This document shows, in pieces, positions 9,592 through 18,165 of a DNA stretch of 35,205 bases. The notes below the pieces were generated by a model that was not told the DNA's origin, did no database searches, and saw nothing but the letters and a program-made list of their open reading frames with translations. How positions within the stretch are numbered: the stretch's first letter is position 1; every line of letters begins with the position of its first letter. A program made the position numbers and the translations under genes. Origin of the DNA: a virus (lineage: Duplodnaviria > Heunggongvirae > Uroviricota > Caudoviricetes); IMG/VR virus record IMGVR_UViG_2588253749_000005; one strand, 5' to 3'.

Positions 9592-9756
9592 ATTAAAGCC
9601 CCCCCGAATAGGCATCGTCGTTATGCCAGCGCTTCCGCCAGTTACACAAATAGTGATTGTACCCACGAATATTGGGAACCTATTTTAGCATGTTTAACTT
9701 TAGTAGTACTGACACAACATTCATGGAGCGGACTGATTGACTTTTGGGGGCGCGTA

Positions 9757-9785
9757 TTTACAAACTCACTACAATGCTGTATAAT
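9757..9785 (+). promoter_or_regulatory. Candidate sigma70 promoter (TTTACA-17 nt-TATAAT) facing the small hydrophobic ORF
   Basis: -35 tttaca at 9757..9762, 17-nt spacer, -10 tataat at 9780..9785; plus strand, opposite to the flanking cargo genes. Confidence 0.45.
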
Positions 9786-9923
9786 TCGTGAAGAGTGAAT
9801 TTAGCTAGTGCATCCATAGGTTCAATTCCTATGACTACAATTCTCATCACAGCTCTCCCAATAGTCGCATTTATCCGTTACCTCAACGTGTTACTTAACA
9901 ATTACGTCAGTAAGGAGAAGCCT

Positions 9924-10106
9924 ATGAGTAAATTATTCTGCCATGAAGTACTATATGTATCTTGTTTCATTGAAACTTTTTGGGCTGGGGTGATAAGTGT
10001 AGTAGCGGGTCTGATGACGGGCGGTGTCCAAATTATTTTGGCACTAGCTAAATCTTCTCAATTTTTGTTTTTTTTCAAAGCACTTACACCCATAAATATT
10101 ATTTAA
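9924..10106 (+). CDS. Small hydrophobic protein (60 aa, predicted membrane-spanning)
   Basis: ATG at 9924 preceded by AAGGAG with a 6-nt spacer; hydrophobic core FWAGVISVVAGLMTGGVQIILALA; same frame is open from 9795 with an alternative ATG at 9831 (91 aa) lacking an RBS. Confidence 0.45.
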   Translation: MSKLFCHEVLYVSCFIETFWAGVISVVAGLMTGGVQIILALAKSSQFLFFFKALTPINII

Positions 10107-10371
10107 ATCAATAAAATAAGTCACTCTACGCATATTTTCCTTATCATGGTCTTTCGTGTTTTTGTACTCAACATGATCGTTTCCCCTTTCTTTAATACAC
10201 AGTGTGATTAGCTACGTCTTCTATTGGAGCGAAGTGGACGGGTTAATTGAGCTGAATGTCAGCTATGAGCGAGGAACGGACTTCAAGAAAGTACCTAACT
10301 GCGTATCGATTGCAAAATATGACAGTCTGACGGTGTTAAGGGCCGTGAGTGCAGCCCTTAAGAAAAAAGTA

Positions 10372-11307
10372 TTAATAATATATCCTGGCTTGCTCGCTCG
10401 TTTCGGTTAAGTTTATTTCATGGTAGTGATTATTTATAAAGTCACAAAAAGTACTAATTTTATCTTTGAGATTACTCATGCTATGCGTGATTTCGTCGTA
10501 TAAATCGCTTTCCTCCTGATTTCGACAGTGGTCACCGGGATTTATAAAACTATAAGTATCATTTGGTGCTGAATAATTATATGGAGCTTTTCTAAACAAG
10601 ATAATTAGATCACGCCAAGCCGTTGCAAAATCAATTGTAACATTCTTTAAAGCTGTATCATTCAGTTGAAAAACAGGTGAGTTTAAAATGTTCAAAATAT
10701 TATCGTATTCTTCAATAATTAATGAATGAATGTATTTTGCGCCCCACTGCAAATGGTCTATTGTTGAATAAAAATCAATATAATTCAACAATCTCGACAA
10801 ATTTGAGATATCTCTCTTGCGCAAAAATTCTTCCCTCGTCGGTTGGTGTCGTTCGAACATTTGCGGGTAGTACATTTTGAGTACAGCTGGGTCTTTGCTT
10901 AAATCAAAGCTAATATCCTCCCAGAAAACCACATCGACAGGAAACAGGCCTTTTAATTGTCTGGCATCATTGAGTGTTCTTACATAGCGCTGAATGCTAA
11001 CATCCCTGGGCGCTGTCGTAGCGATGTAAAGAACCGTAATTTTTGGGCGAAATTTTTCAGCCTTGAGTAATTCATCATCGATTGTCGCCGTACTGATTCC
11101 TGATACTGTATTTTTACACTGAATTCCAACGAAACGCCCAAGAGAGTCATCACCATATACATCAACTCCATCCTGCCGCTGCCCTGACCGTCCATGTCTG
11201 TTCAGATTAGGATTGGACCATCGCAGTTGGAATGAACTTTTGCACATATCCTCAAATTCGTCCCAAGATTTAGGGGGGGGTAACAACATTGAATTATATG
11301 TAACCAC
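10372..11307 (-). CDS. Uncharacterised cargo protein with N-terminal Mrr-type restriction-endonuclease-like (PD-(D/E)xK fold) domain
   Basis: 311-aa ORF; GTG at 11307 with AAAGGA 7 nt upstream, alternative ATG at 11289; N-terminal WDEFEDMC...GRSGQRQDGVDVYG...GRFVGIQCK matches the Mrr-catalytic-domain pattern (D-x-D ... Q-x-K); C-terminal 170 aa unrecognised; strongly AT-rich. Confidence 0.6.
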   Translation of the reverse strand: MVTYNSMLLPPPKSWDEFEDMCKSSFQLRWSNPNLNRHGRSGQRQDGVDVYGDDSLGRFVGIQCKNTVSGISTATIDDELLKAEKFRPKITVLYIATTAPRDVSIQRYVRTLNDARQLKGLFPVDVVFWEDISFDLSKDPAVLKMYYPQMFERHQPTREEFLRKRDISNLSRLLNYIDFYSTIDHLQWGAKYIHSLIIEEYDNILNILNSPVFQLNDTALKNVTIDFATAWRDLIILFRKAPYNYSAPNDTYSFINPGDHCRNQEESDLYDEITHSMSNLKDKISTFCDFINNHYHEINLTETSEQARIYY

Positions 11308-11769
11308 TTACTAATCCTTTATCTAAGATTCTTCATTTTCGTAATCACTATCATAATCATGCTTGATGTGCAATATCTTATTTGCCATGGTTATATGACG
11401 TGAACATAATATATACTGTAAGTATAAGCAGAATTTATTAATGGTGTTCGCCACTCAACGTAATGGTTTCACACTCTAAGGTTCTTTTTTAATAAATCAA
11501 AACATTATGGACAGTGAATCATATCGGAAATGGTTCCTTTTAAATTGAATAACGGCCCATAGTACACAGGTGTATGTGTTAATCGATTTTTCAGACGTTT
11601 TTTTTCGCCTAACATGAGATTTCGTTCGATTGAGCACCAGACCCAATTACCACTATTTAATGATTTAGGTCGAGTAGTAGTAACGTCAGCTCTTGGCACA
11701 TAGCGGACTGTCAGATTAGGCTTTACTCTGTGCTATAGATATGTAAGCTCACACCAGAGATCATACAAC

Positions 11770-12297
11770 TTATTGCGGCATTTCCGGCCATTCGGGATTT
11801 GCAGGATCCACACGACTGACCAGAACGCTGTAGCGTTCCCATGCTTCCAGTCGGCTGCGTTCCTCATCCGTCGCCATATTCAGCCTGACAGCGCGTTCCA
11901 GCGGCAAAATCACGGATTCAGCTTCGGAAAGTAAAGCTGCCTTTTGTGATTCGGCCTGTTGTTGCTGTTCGTCTGCCGTATAAATCCGCTTAATCACGGC
12001 ACCATCCTTAAACATCCATTTACCTGAGTCATCAGCACGTCGGTTGGAGGTAATATCAGGAACCTCGACAACGCTGAAACCTTCAGGGTTAAGCGTTGAA
12101 GCATCTCTGGTGATGCCGACAATTATATTATTCTCGTCGTAAACAATCTTTATCGTGTCTTCCTGAAAATTACTTACTTCCTCATACCAGTTTTTTCCCT
12201 CTTCGGACCATAACCAGATAACATCAAAATTTTTTGTCAGTTGATATTGGGCAACAGTTTTTGGATTACCCGCAGTAATATTTTTTAAATGCTGCAT
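11770..12297 (-). CDS. G: Tail fiber assembly chaperone G
   Basis: 175 aa, ATG at 12297; recognised as P2 gpG-type; directly downstream of H. Confidence 0.85.
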   Translation of the reverse strand: MQHLKNITAGNPKTVAQYQLTKNFDVIWLWSEEGKNWYEEVSNFQEDTIKIVYDENNIIVGITRDASTLNPEGFSVVEVPDITSNRRADDSGKWMFKDGAVIKRIYTADEQQQQAESQKAALLSEAESVILPLERAVRLNMATDEERSRLEAWERYSVLVSRVDPANPEWPEMPQ

Positions 12298-12300
12298 AAA

Positions 12301-14346
12301 TTACACCTGTGCGACGTTATACCATGTGCCATTGATGTATTTTTGTATTGGCCTGAATACTGCGGGGTCATCACCATCGACTTCACCGACAATACCAAGC
12401 CCGGTAATTACGTGCCCTGCTTTCTCATACATCACCCCTTTCTGCATGGTCTGGACAACACGTGTGCCAAGTCTGATATCTCTCACATAGCGGGAATCAA
12501 AGTTACCGTAATCCGAGGGATTAACACGCCCCGTAATATTTATGGTCTTATTACTTTGAATGCTTCCGGAAACAAAGCGCATAACATGGACGTTATTAGC
12601 ATAAACATCCAGATTACCATCGCCATTTTGTTTAAATCCGGTGTCGTTATCACCAAGAACAATAGAGTTCCCACCCAACGCGTTATTCGTGCCAAGTGCC
12701 AGCCCGCCATCAATCCTGGCACCATTACCAACAGACACAACTCCTGTTCTTAAGTTGATGCCGAATGGCCTTAATGGCCCAATATCTCCATTTTCACCCT
12801 CATTTTCTCGTGTAGGAATGATATACAGGTTTTCTTCAGAACGGCGAAAAATAGCCCCAAAAGATGAATTAAATATCCTCAGTGCATTGACTGTAGATAT
12901 TTTTACTTCACTGCTGAAAAGGGCTTTAACAAGAACATACAGAGCATCCCATTTAAGATTCATCAGGTCTTTTGTTGTGGTGCTCTGGCGACTTCTCCAT
13001 TTGAAATATTCATTGCCGTTGTCACCTGTTTCAAACCACATATATGAATCAGTATCGCTGTCGGCATCATTTTTAAATCCAATCTTTGCCCAGTCAGTAT
13101 TTCGAATCCAGGCAAGGATTGAGTCGTTTTCAAAAGTAAGCCCACCGGACAAGGTATCGCCATTCTTTTGCACCGCGTTCCTGGCCCTGTTTACCGTTTC
13201 CTGCAAACCGAGGTATTCGATAACGGCAGTAACGGTCGCTTTGGCAAGAATATCCCGTCCGACTTTTGTCAGGGTTGCCAGGCTGGCAACATCATTCCCC
13301 GTAAAATACGGAAACCTGTCTGCCGCAGTAGCAAGCCCCGCCAGCGCCGTCAGGGTAGCATCTTTCGGTTGCTTACCCGCAAGCGCATTAGTCATGGTGG
13401 TAGCAAAATTCGGGTCATTGCCCAGCGCCGCCGCCAGCTCGTTCAGCGTATTCAGTGCGTCAGGCGACGAGTCTACAAGGGCGGCAATCGCGGCCATAAC
13501 GAAAGCCGTGTTTGCGATCTGAGTATTATTCGTTCCCTGTCGCGCAGTTGGCGTCGTTGGCGTTCCGGTCAGTGCAGGGCTGTTTAATGGCGCTTTTTTG
13601 TTCGTTTCATCCATTACCGTCTTAACGGCTTTTGGTGTTGCGGCGAGCGTTTCAGACGTGCTGTTGGTGGCACTACTGAGCTGGACAAGGCCTTTTCGCG
13701 CTGTGGTGGCGTCCTGTGCGGTATATTTCCCGTTAGCCAGGTCATACGCGGCCTTTACCGCTTTCGGCGTTGCGGCCAGTGTTTCAGACGTGCTGTTGGT
13801 CGCACTGCTTAACTGAGTAAAACCTTTTGTGGTCAGCGAGGCGTCCGGGTGACGTCGTGACTGTTCGTGCTCTGCAATTTTGTCATCAACGTAATCCTGC
13901 GTCGCCATCACCGTTGTGGTGTCAATGGTCAGCTCCACTGAGGCCACACTGCTGACGATGATGACCATGCGGCAGGTCTGCGAACGCCCTGAGCCTTCGG
14001 CAAGGGCAGGTTTATAACTTTCGGCCATGTTCGCCACGGCAATTAACGTTCCCGCATCATCGTACAGGCCAAGCTCCCGCATCCAGAAACCGCCCACCTC
14101 CGGCGGAATAATCAGCTCTGCGATAATATAATTACTGTTTCGTTTGTCCTGGCTGATTTTATTCAGCGCATGTCGCCAGACTTCATGGATAAGCCCGGTC
14201 TGTCCGGCATCCGGGACAGGCAATTTACCACCGCCATCCCCGACGGCCATCGTGGTAATGTTGACCTTCCGCCCTCCCGGTGCGGTTGCCGCTGCCAGCT
14301 TTGCTGCACCAACAGTGGTGATAACGGTTTTGAATTTTGTGCTCAT
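12301..14346 (-). CDS. H: Tail fiber protein H
   Basis: 681 aa, ATG at 14346; conserved P2 gpH N-terminus; internal duplicated LSSATNSTSETLAATPKAVK motif; divergent C-terminal receptor-binding part. Confidence 0.9.
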   Translation of the reverse strand: MSTKFKTVITTVGAAKLAAATAPGGRKVNITTMAVGDGGGKLPVPDAGQTGLIHEVWRHALNKISQDKRNSNYIIAELIIPPEVGGFWMRELGLYDDAGTLIAVANMAESYKPALAEGSGRSQTCRMVIIVSSVASVELTIDTTTVMATQDYVDDKIAEHEQSRRHPDASLTTKGFTQLSSATNSTSETLAATPKAVKAAYDLANGKYTAQDATTARKGLVQLSSATNSTSETLAATPKAVKTVMDETNKKAPLNSPALTGTPTTPTARQGTNNTQIANTAFVMAAIAALVDSSPDALNTLNELAAALGNDPNFATTMTNALAGKQPKDATLTALAGLATAADRFPYFTGNDVASLATLTKVGRDILAKATVTAVIEYLGLQETVNRARNAVQKNGDTLSGGLTFENDSILAWIRNTDWAKIGFKNDADSDTDSYMWFETGDNGNEYFKWRSRQSTTTKDLMNLKWDALYVLVKALFSSEVKISTVNALRIFNSSFGAIFRRSEENLYIIPTRENEGENGDIGPLRPFGINLRTGVVSVGNGARIDGGLALGTNNALGGNSIVLGDNDTGFKQNGDGNLDVYANNVHVMRFVSGSIQSNKTINITGRVNPSDYGNFDSRYVRDIRLGTRVVQTMQKGVMYEKAGHVITGLGIVGEVDGDDPAVFRPIQKYINGTWYNVAQV
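13617..13823. repeat. Imperfect direct repeat inside the tail fiber gene
   Basis: Two copies of about 60-70 nt at roughly 13617..13690 and 13748..13823, centred on gtttcagacgtgctgttggt, about 80 percent identical by eye. Confidence 0.6.
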
Positions 14347-14356
14347 TATTCCTCAC

Positions 14357-14887
14357 TTATCCGGGGTAAACCGTAATTACATCGCCGTCATAAGCCACAC
14401 CACCGACGAACAGGTAGCCGGGAATGTCCCGGGTAATATTCAGGCCAATAAGGTGGCGGCTTGCAGGTTTGGCATCAGCAATCAGCCGTTCCATTTCCTG
14501 ATACATTGCCTCTGTGATACCGCTTTCCAGTACACCAATATCAAGCCGGAAGGTGCCGGGCGGGTCACTGGTTTCCCACCACTCCGTCACGTTGATGAGA
14601 TAGCCCAGCGGCTCCACCACACGCCGGATTGCACCTATAGTGCCTTTATGACAGTGAATGAAATACGCATCGCGGATAACAGCGCGTTTTGTCGCTTCCG
14701 GCCACTTATCATCCCAGCGGTCAACCGAAAATGACCACGCCAGCCACGGCAGCAGATTTGCCGGACAGGTATCCGGGTTCCACAGCTCACGAATACTGAC
14801 CGGCGTTTTTTCAATTTCCGCACAGGCTTTTGCGGCGGCAACTTCAAGCGGTGATGAGCCGGTCGGCAGCAGTCGCGAATCACTCAT
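14357..14887 (-). CDS. I: Baseplate assembly protein I
   Basis: 176 aa, ATG at 14887; P2 gpI position and sequence. Confidence 0.88.
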   Translation of the reverse strand: MSDSRLLPTGSSPLEVAAAKACAEIEKTPVSIRELWNPDTCPANLLPWLAWSFSVDRWDDKWPEATKRAVIRDAYFIHCHKGTIGAIRRVVEPLGYLINVTEWWETSDPPGTFRLDIGVLESGITEAMYQEMERLIADAKPASRHLIGLNITRDIPGYLFVGGVAYDGDVITVYPG

Positions 14888-15788
14888 CCGAGCCTCCGGT
14901 CACGACGCGGTATTCGGTACAGAAAGACGCCTGCGTACTGTTGAGCACGATGTCAGCCAGCGGTGCAGCCAGTTCGACACGCTGCACGCCTTCCACATGC
15001 AAAGCGGCATAAATGGCAGACAGACGGATGTCGCGCCCCAGCCGGTGCTGTGCCGTGATGTACGCTTCCAGTTTTTTCACGGCGGCGGCGCGGATGGGTT
15101 CGCTTTCGGGACCAGGGTAAAGGTAAAGCGTGGCGTTTATCTGGTATTCAACAATGGCGGCAGACTGCACGGTCACGCGGTCGGCCACCGGCCTGACGTC
15201 CTCGCCATTAAGGGCGTTACGCACCACGGCCAGCAGGTCTTCGGATGCGACACCGTTATTTTCACGTGACAGCACAGAGATGGTGACGCAGGCCGGAGAC
15301 GGACTGGTGACAGAAATATCCGCGACACGCCCGTCGGCACTGCGACCATGATACTGATAGGCTCCCACCGACCCGGCGACGCTTAAGCCCTCAAACGCCT
15401 GCTGAATACGCAGACGATAATCGGTGTCAGACTCCATCACTGCCGGTGTCGGCGGGATGGTCGAATCATCTGCCGGGGTGATAATCAGGCGCGTGGTGTT
15501 GTAATTGGCACCAATCACATCAAGGTCATTACCGGCGGCACAGGCCAGCATTACCGCCCGTGCGGCCTCATTCACACGCTGACGCCAGATAAGCTCACGA
15601 TAAGCATTTTCCTCCAGCAGTTTGACGAGAGGCTCGGATTCCAGCGTCAGGGTACGGGCAACCGCCTCCTGCTGGTCTTCCGGGTAAAGGGAAATCAGTG
15701 TCGCCTTGCGTTCGGCAAGAATGGTTTCAAAGTCCAGCTCCTCGACCACATCCGGTGCAGGTAGCTGGTTCAGGTCGATAATCGGCAT
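14880..15788 (-). CDS. J: Baseplate protein J
   Basis: 302 aa, ATG at 15788; P2 gpJ. Confidence 0.9.
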   Translation of the reverse strand: MPIIDLNQLPAPDVVEELDFETILAERKATLISLYPEDQQEAVARTLTLESEPLVKLLEENAYRELIWRQRVNEAARAVMLACAAGNDLDVIGANYNTTRLIITPADDSTIPPTPAVMESDTDYRLRIQQAFEGLSVAGSVGAYQYHGRSADGRVADISVTSPSPACVTISVLSRENNGVASEDLLAVVRNALNGEDVRPVADRVTVQSAAIVEYQINATLYLYPGPESEPIRAAAVKKLEAYITAQHRLGRDIRLSAIYAALHVEGVQRVELAAPLADIVLNSTQASFCTEYRVVTGGSDE

Positions 15789-15792
15789 GGTT

Positions 15793-16140
15793 TCAACTCA
15801 CAGGGATGGTTAACGAAAGTGGCTGGCCGGTGTCGTTGTGCTGACCGGTTAACGTGACCGTCATTCGCCCGTCAAAGCTGCGCGCCGTGGTGACGGATGA
15901 CAGGGTGACACGGGGTTCCCATTTCAGCACCGCCATGTAACAGGCGACCTTAATCTGCAACTCAAGCGCCGGGGTCTGCGGCTGGTCAATCATTGACGCC
16001 AGCAACGAGCCGTAATCACGACGCATCACCCGTGAGCCGACCGGTGTGCGCAGGATATCGCCGATACTCTGGCTGATATGCTCAAGGTCAGTGACAGTCA
16101 GGCCATCACTGTGATTCATTCCGAGATAACGCGCTGTCAT
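15793..16140 (-). CDS. W: Baseplate wedge protein W
   Basis: 115 aa, ATG at 16140; P2 gpW. Confidence 0.88.
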   Translation of the reverse strand: MTARYLGMNHSDGLTVTDLEHISQSIGDILRTPVGSRVMRRDYGSLLASMIDQPQTPALELQIKVACYMAVLKWEPRVTLSSVTTARSFDGRMTVTLTGQHNDTGQPLSLTIPVS

Positions 16141-16772
16141 AGAGGACTCCCGGTTGTGCCGCCGCTGTCGCCGGGGTGTTTATGGGTATGCAGTACCTTA
16201 CCGTTTGATGAGAGTTCACCGCCGGTGTGTTCAATGTTGCCGCGCATCGTCCCGCCCTTCTGTACTTCCAGCGTGCCGGTAATCAGCCTGTTGGTGCAGA
16301 CCACCTCCGGCGTGTCCAGGGTGATGCGGGTTGATGCTTTCACCATGACCACCGGCACCGTGGCAGTAACAGAATCAGAAGCCGTCACGCTGGCCGTTTT
16401 AACTCCGCTTACCGTGAGCGCGCTGGTTTCAGGTTCATACTCAATCACCGCCCCGTCAGGGAAACGGATATGCAGGGCATCCGCCGACGCAGACGGCGCG
16501 GGGTTATCGCCGGAATAAATCCCCGGCAGAACGAACGCCGTGTCGAGTTCACCACCCACGGCCAGAATCAGCACCTGTTCCCCCACGGAAGGTGCCCACC
16601 ATGTGCGCGAACGCCCGGCGCGATGGGTCAGCCACTGAAGCCAGTCGGTGCACATGCCGCCGGTCTGCACACGGCAGCGACCGGCATTAAGGTCGGTTTC
16701 GACGATAATGCCGGTGCGGATCATGTTGCGCAGTGCGCGCGCGAGTTCCTGAATATTTGCGAGAGTGTTCAT
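16137..16772 (-). CDS. V: Baseplate spike/hub protein V
   Basis: 211 aa from the ATG at 16772 (MNTLANIQELARALRNMIRTG...); the track ORF starts 6 codons earlier at TTG. Confidence 0.9.
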   Translation of the reverse strand: MNTLANIQELARALRNMIRTGIIVETDLNAGRCRVQTGGMCTDWLQWLTHRAGRSRTWWAPSVGEQVLILAVGGELDTAFVLPGIYSGDNPAPSASADALHIRFPDGAVIEYEPETSALTVSGVKTASVTASDSVTATVPVVMVKASTRITLDTPEVVCTNRLITGTLEVQKGGTMRGNIEHTGGELSSNGKVLHTHKHPGDSGGTTGSPL

Positions 16773-16855
16773 GCGTGTGAGATTGCACAATATATAAAAG
16801 TTATGCTATCTGGATTCATTTGTAGAACGACCATACAACATTCGAGGAGAGCGTA

Positions 16856-17641
16856 ATGTTCAGTGATAATGTGATTAATGCGTGGTGGTTTATCTCTTTG
16901 TATCTATTTTTATTAATAGCATTAACATTTGTTACCTTTGGTAAAAGTAATCTTATGAGGTTTATTGCACATCATTTCAATCTTGAGTATTCAGACAGAA
17001 AGTTAAAAATGCTCGACAAAAAATGGCGCGACATTCAACTATTTAAAGTAATTAACGGAATCAATGTATCAGGCATCGAAGATGTGAGAATGATACAGCA
17101 GGGGCTGATTGATGGAAAACTAAAAACATCGTATTTTTTCCTTACTCGCATCTGGGGTGACATAACAAAACCACCACACATAATTAAAACAATAATTGTA
17201 ATTCTGGCCAGTATTTTTTACATTCTCCTCGCATGTTACATACACAACGAACAATCCGTTATAGTAAGGGATGCCATAGGCATACCATATAAAAACATGA
17301 TGTACTATGTTTATAGTGACAAAGTTCTTTTATCCTTCAAAAATAAAGCAGTTGAATTTAATAAAACTTATAGCCTTGCCGATTGCAAGAGACTGCAAAA
17401 CGTATTTATAAAAGACACACTTCCTGAGATCGCCTGCAATAAGCTCTTACAGCTAAACGAGGAGGACTCCGAATGGTTAAGCCAGGAGATTAAAGATAAT
17501 AACAGTCACAAAAAAGCATTATTAATACTATCCCTCGTCTATTTCACTTCAGGTCTGGTTATATTCCTGTCATATACAAAATTCTTTTACGCCAATAAGA
17601 AGGTTTTAGAATACAAAGCATCAAATAAAAATCACTCATAA
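16856..17641 (+). CDS. Uncharacterised three-transmembrane-segment protein in the S-V (P2 orf30) cargo slot
   Basis: 261 aa; ATG at 16856 with GAGGAG RBS 6 nt upstream; hydrophobic segments near the N-terminus, middle and C-terminus; very AT-rich; opposite strand to the surrounding tail genes. Confidence 0.7.
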   Translation: MFSDNVINAWWFISLYLFLLIALTFVTFGKSNLMRFIAHHFNLEYSDRKLKMLDKKWRDIQLFKVINGINVSGIEDVRMIQQGLIDGKLKTSYFFLTRIWGDITKPPHIIKTIIVILASIFYILLACYIHNEQSVIVRDAIGIPYKNMMYYVYSDKVLLSFKNKAVEFNKTYSLADCKRLQNVFIKDTLPEIACNKLLQLNEEDSEWLSQEIKDNNSHKKALLILSLVYFTSGLVIFLSYTKFFYANKKVLEYKASNKNHS

Positions 17642-17647
17642 ACCTCT

Positions 17648-17687
17648 AAACATTGAGCGACCAGCATGGCCGCTCAATGTTTAATTG
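17648..17687 (+). terminator. Hairpin terminator after the S-V cargo gene
   Basis: Perfect 12-bp inverted repeat AAACATTGAGCG / CGCTCAATGTTT with an 11-nt loop, starting 7 nt after the stop codon and running into a T/A-rich stretch. Confidence 0.5.
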
Positions 17688-17712
17688 CGCATCAGCCTCT
17701 GCCTGGATAAAA

Positions 17713-18165
17713 CTAACGCTCAAGGTGAGCCAGGATAATCTCTTCAATCATCTGCACATCCTCACCGGTAAAACCGAGCAGAGGACGCGCCGGATAATCA
17801 ATTTTCTTACCGTCTTTTCGGTTTTCTTCCGACAGACCGAACTGATGCACACTGGCAATTTTCGGCGACTTCCCGCCGTAAAACTCCATTGATGCCTGTT
17901 CCGGGCTGGCGCGGATATGCAAAAAACGACTGGTAATAAGTTTCGCAAACATTTTTCGCTTAACGCGACCGGTCTTTTTTCTGACGCTCTGCTGCTGGCG
18001 TGGCGCGTAGGGTGTGCCGTCCGGGGCTTTCTGTGCCATCACCCGACGCTGCTGACTCTGCCGCAGACGTTTCGCCAGTTCGGCACTCAGTCGCCGACGC
18101 CCTGACGGTGACAGCGATTCAATCAGCCCGGTCAGCCGGTCTTCAAAACGCTTAAACTCATTCAT
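17713..18165 (-). CDS. S: Tail completion protein S
   Basis: 150 aa, ATG at 18165; P2 gpS. Confidence 0.9.
   Translation of the reverse strand: MNEFKRFEDRLTGLIESLSPSGRRRLSAELAKRLRQSQQRRVMAQKAPDGTPYAPRQQQSVRKKTGRVKRKMFAKLITSRFLHIRASPEQASMEFYGGKSPKIASVHQFGLSEENRKDGKKIDYPARPLLGFTGEDVQMIEEIILAHLER

Noticed and set aside
10336-10361. 8-bp-stem inverted repeat (TTAAGGGC ... GCCCTTAA) just downstream of the Mrr-like gene stop
   Set aside because: It is followed by an A-run on the plus strand, and on the minus strand the T-run comes before rather than after the stem, so it is not a canonical terminator in either direction; it may be a protein-binding site or incidental.
10204-10410. 68-aa plus-strand ORF in the cargo island
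   Set aside because: Starts at GTG with no RBS, contains no ATG, and overlaps the 3' end of the Mrr-like gene convergently; probably not coding.
11505-11699. 64-aa minus-strand ORF between G and the Mrr-like gene
   Set aside because: GTG start, no RBS, no recognisable sequence features; kept only as a possible gene remnant in the findings.
16773-16855. Ogr-type late promoter dyads (TGT-N12-ACA) upstream of V, and likewise in the O-P region
   Set aside because: Only imperfect matches were found (for example TGT-N11-ACA at 16821..16837), and without transcript start positions I cannot place them at the expected -55 position.
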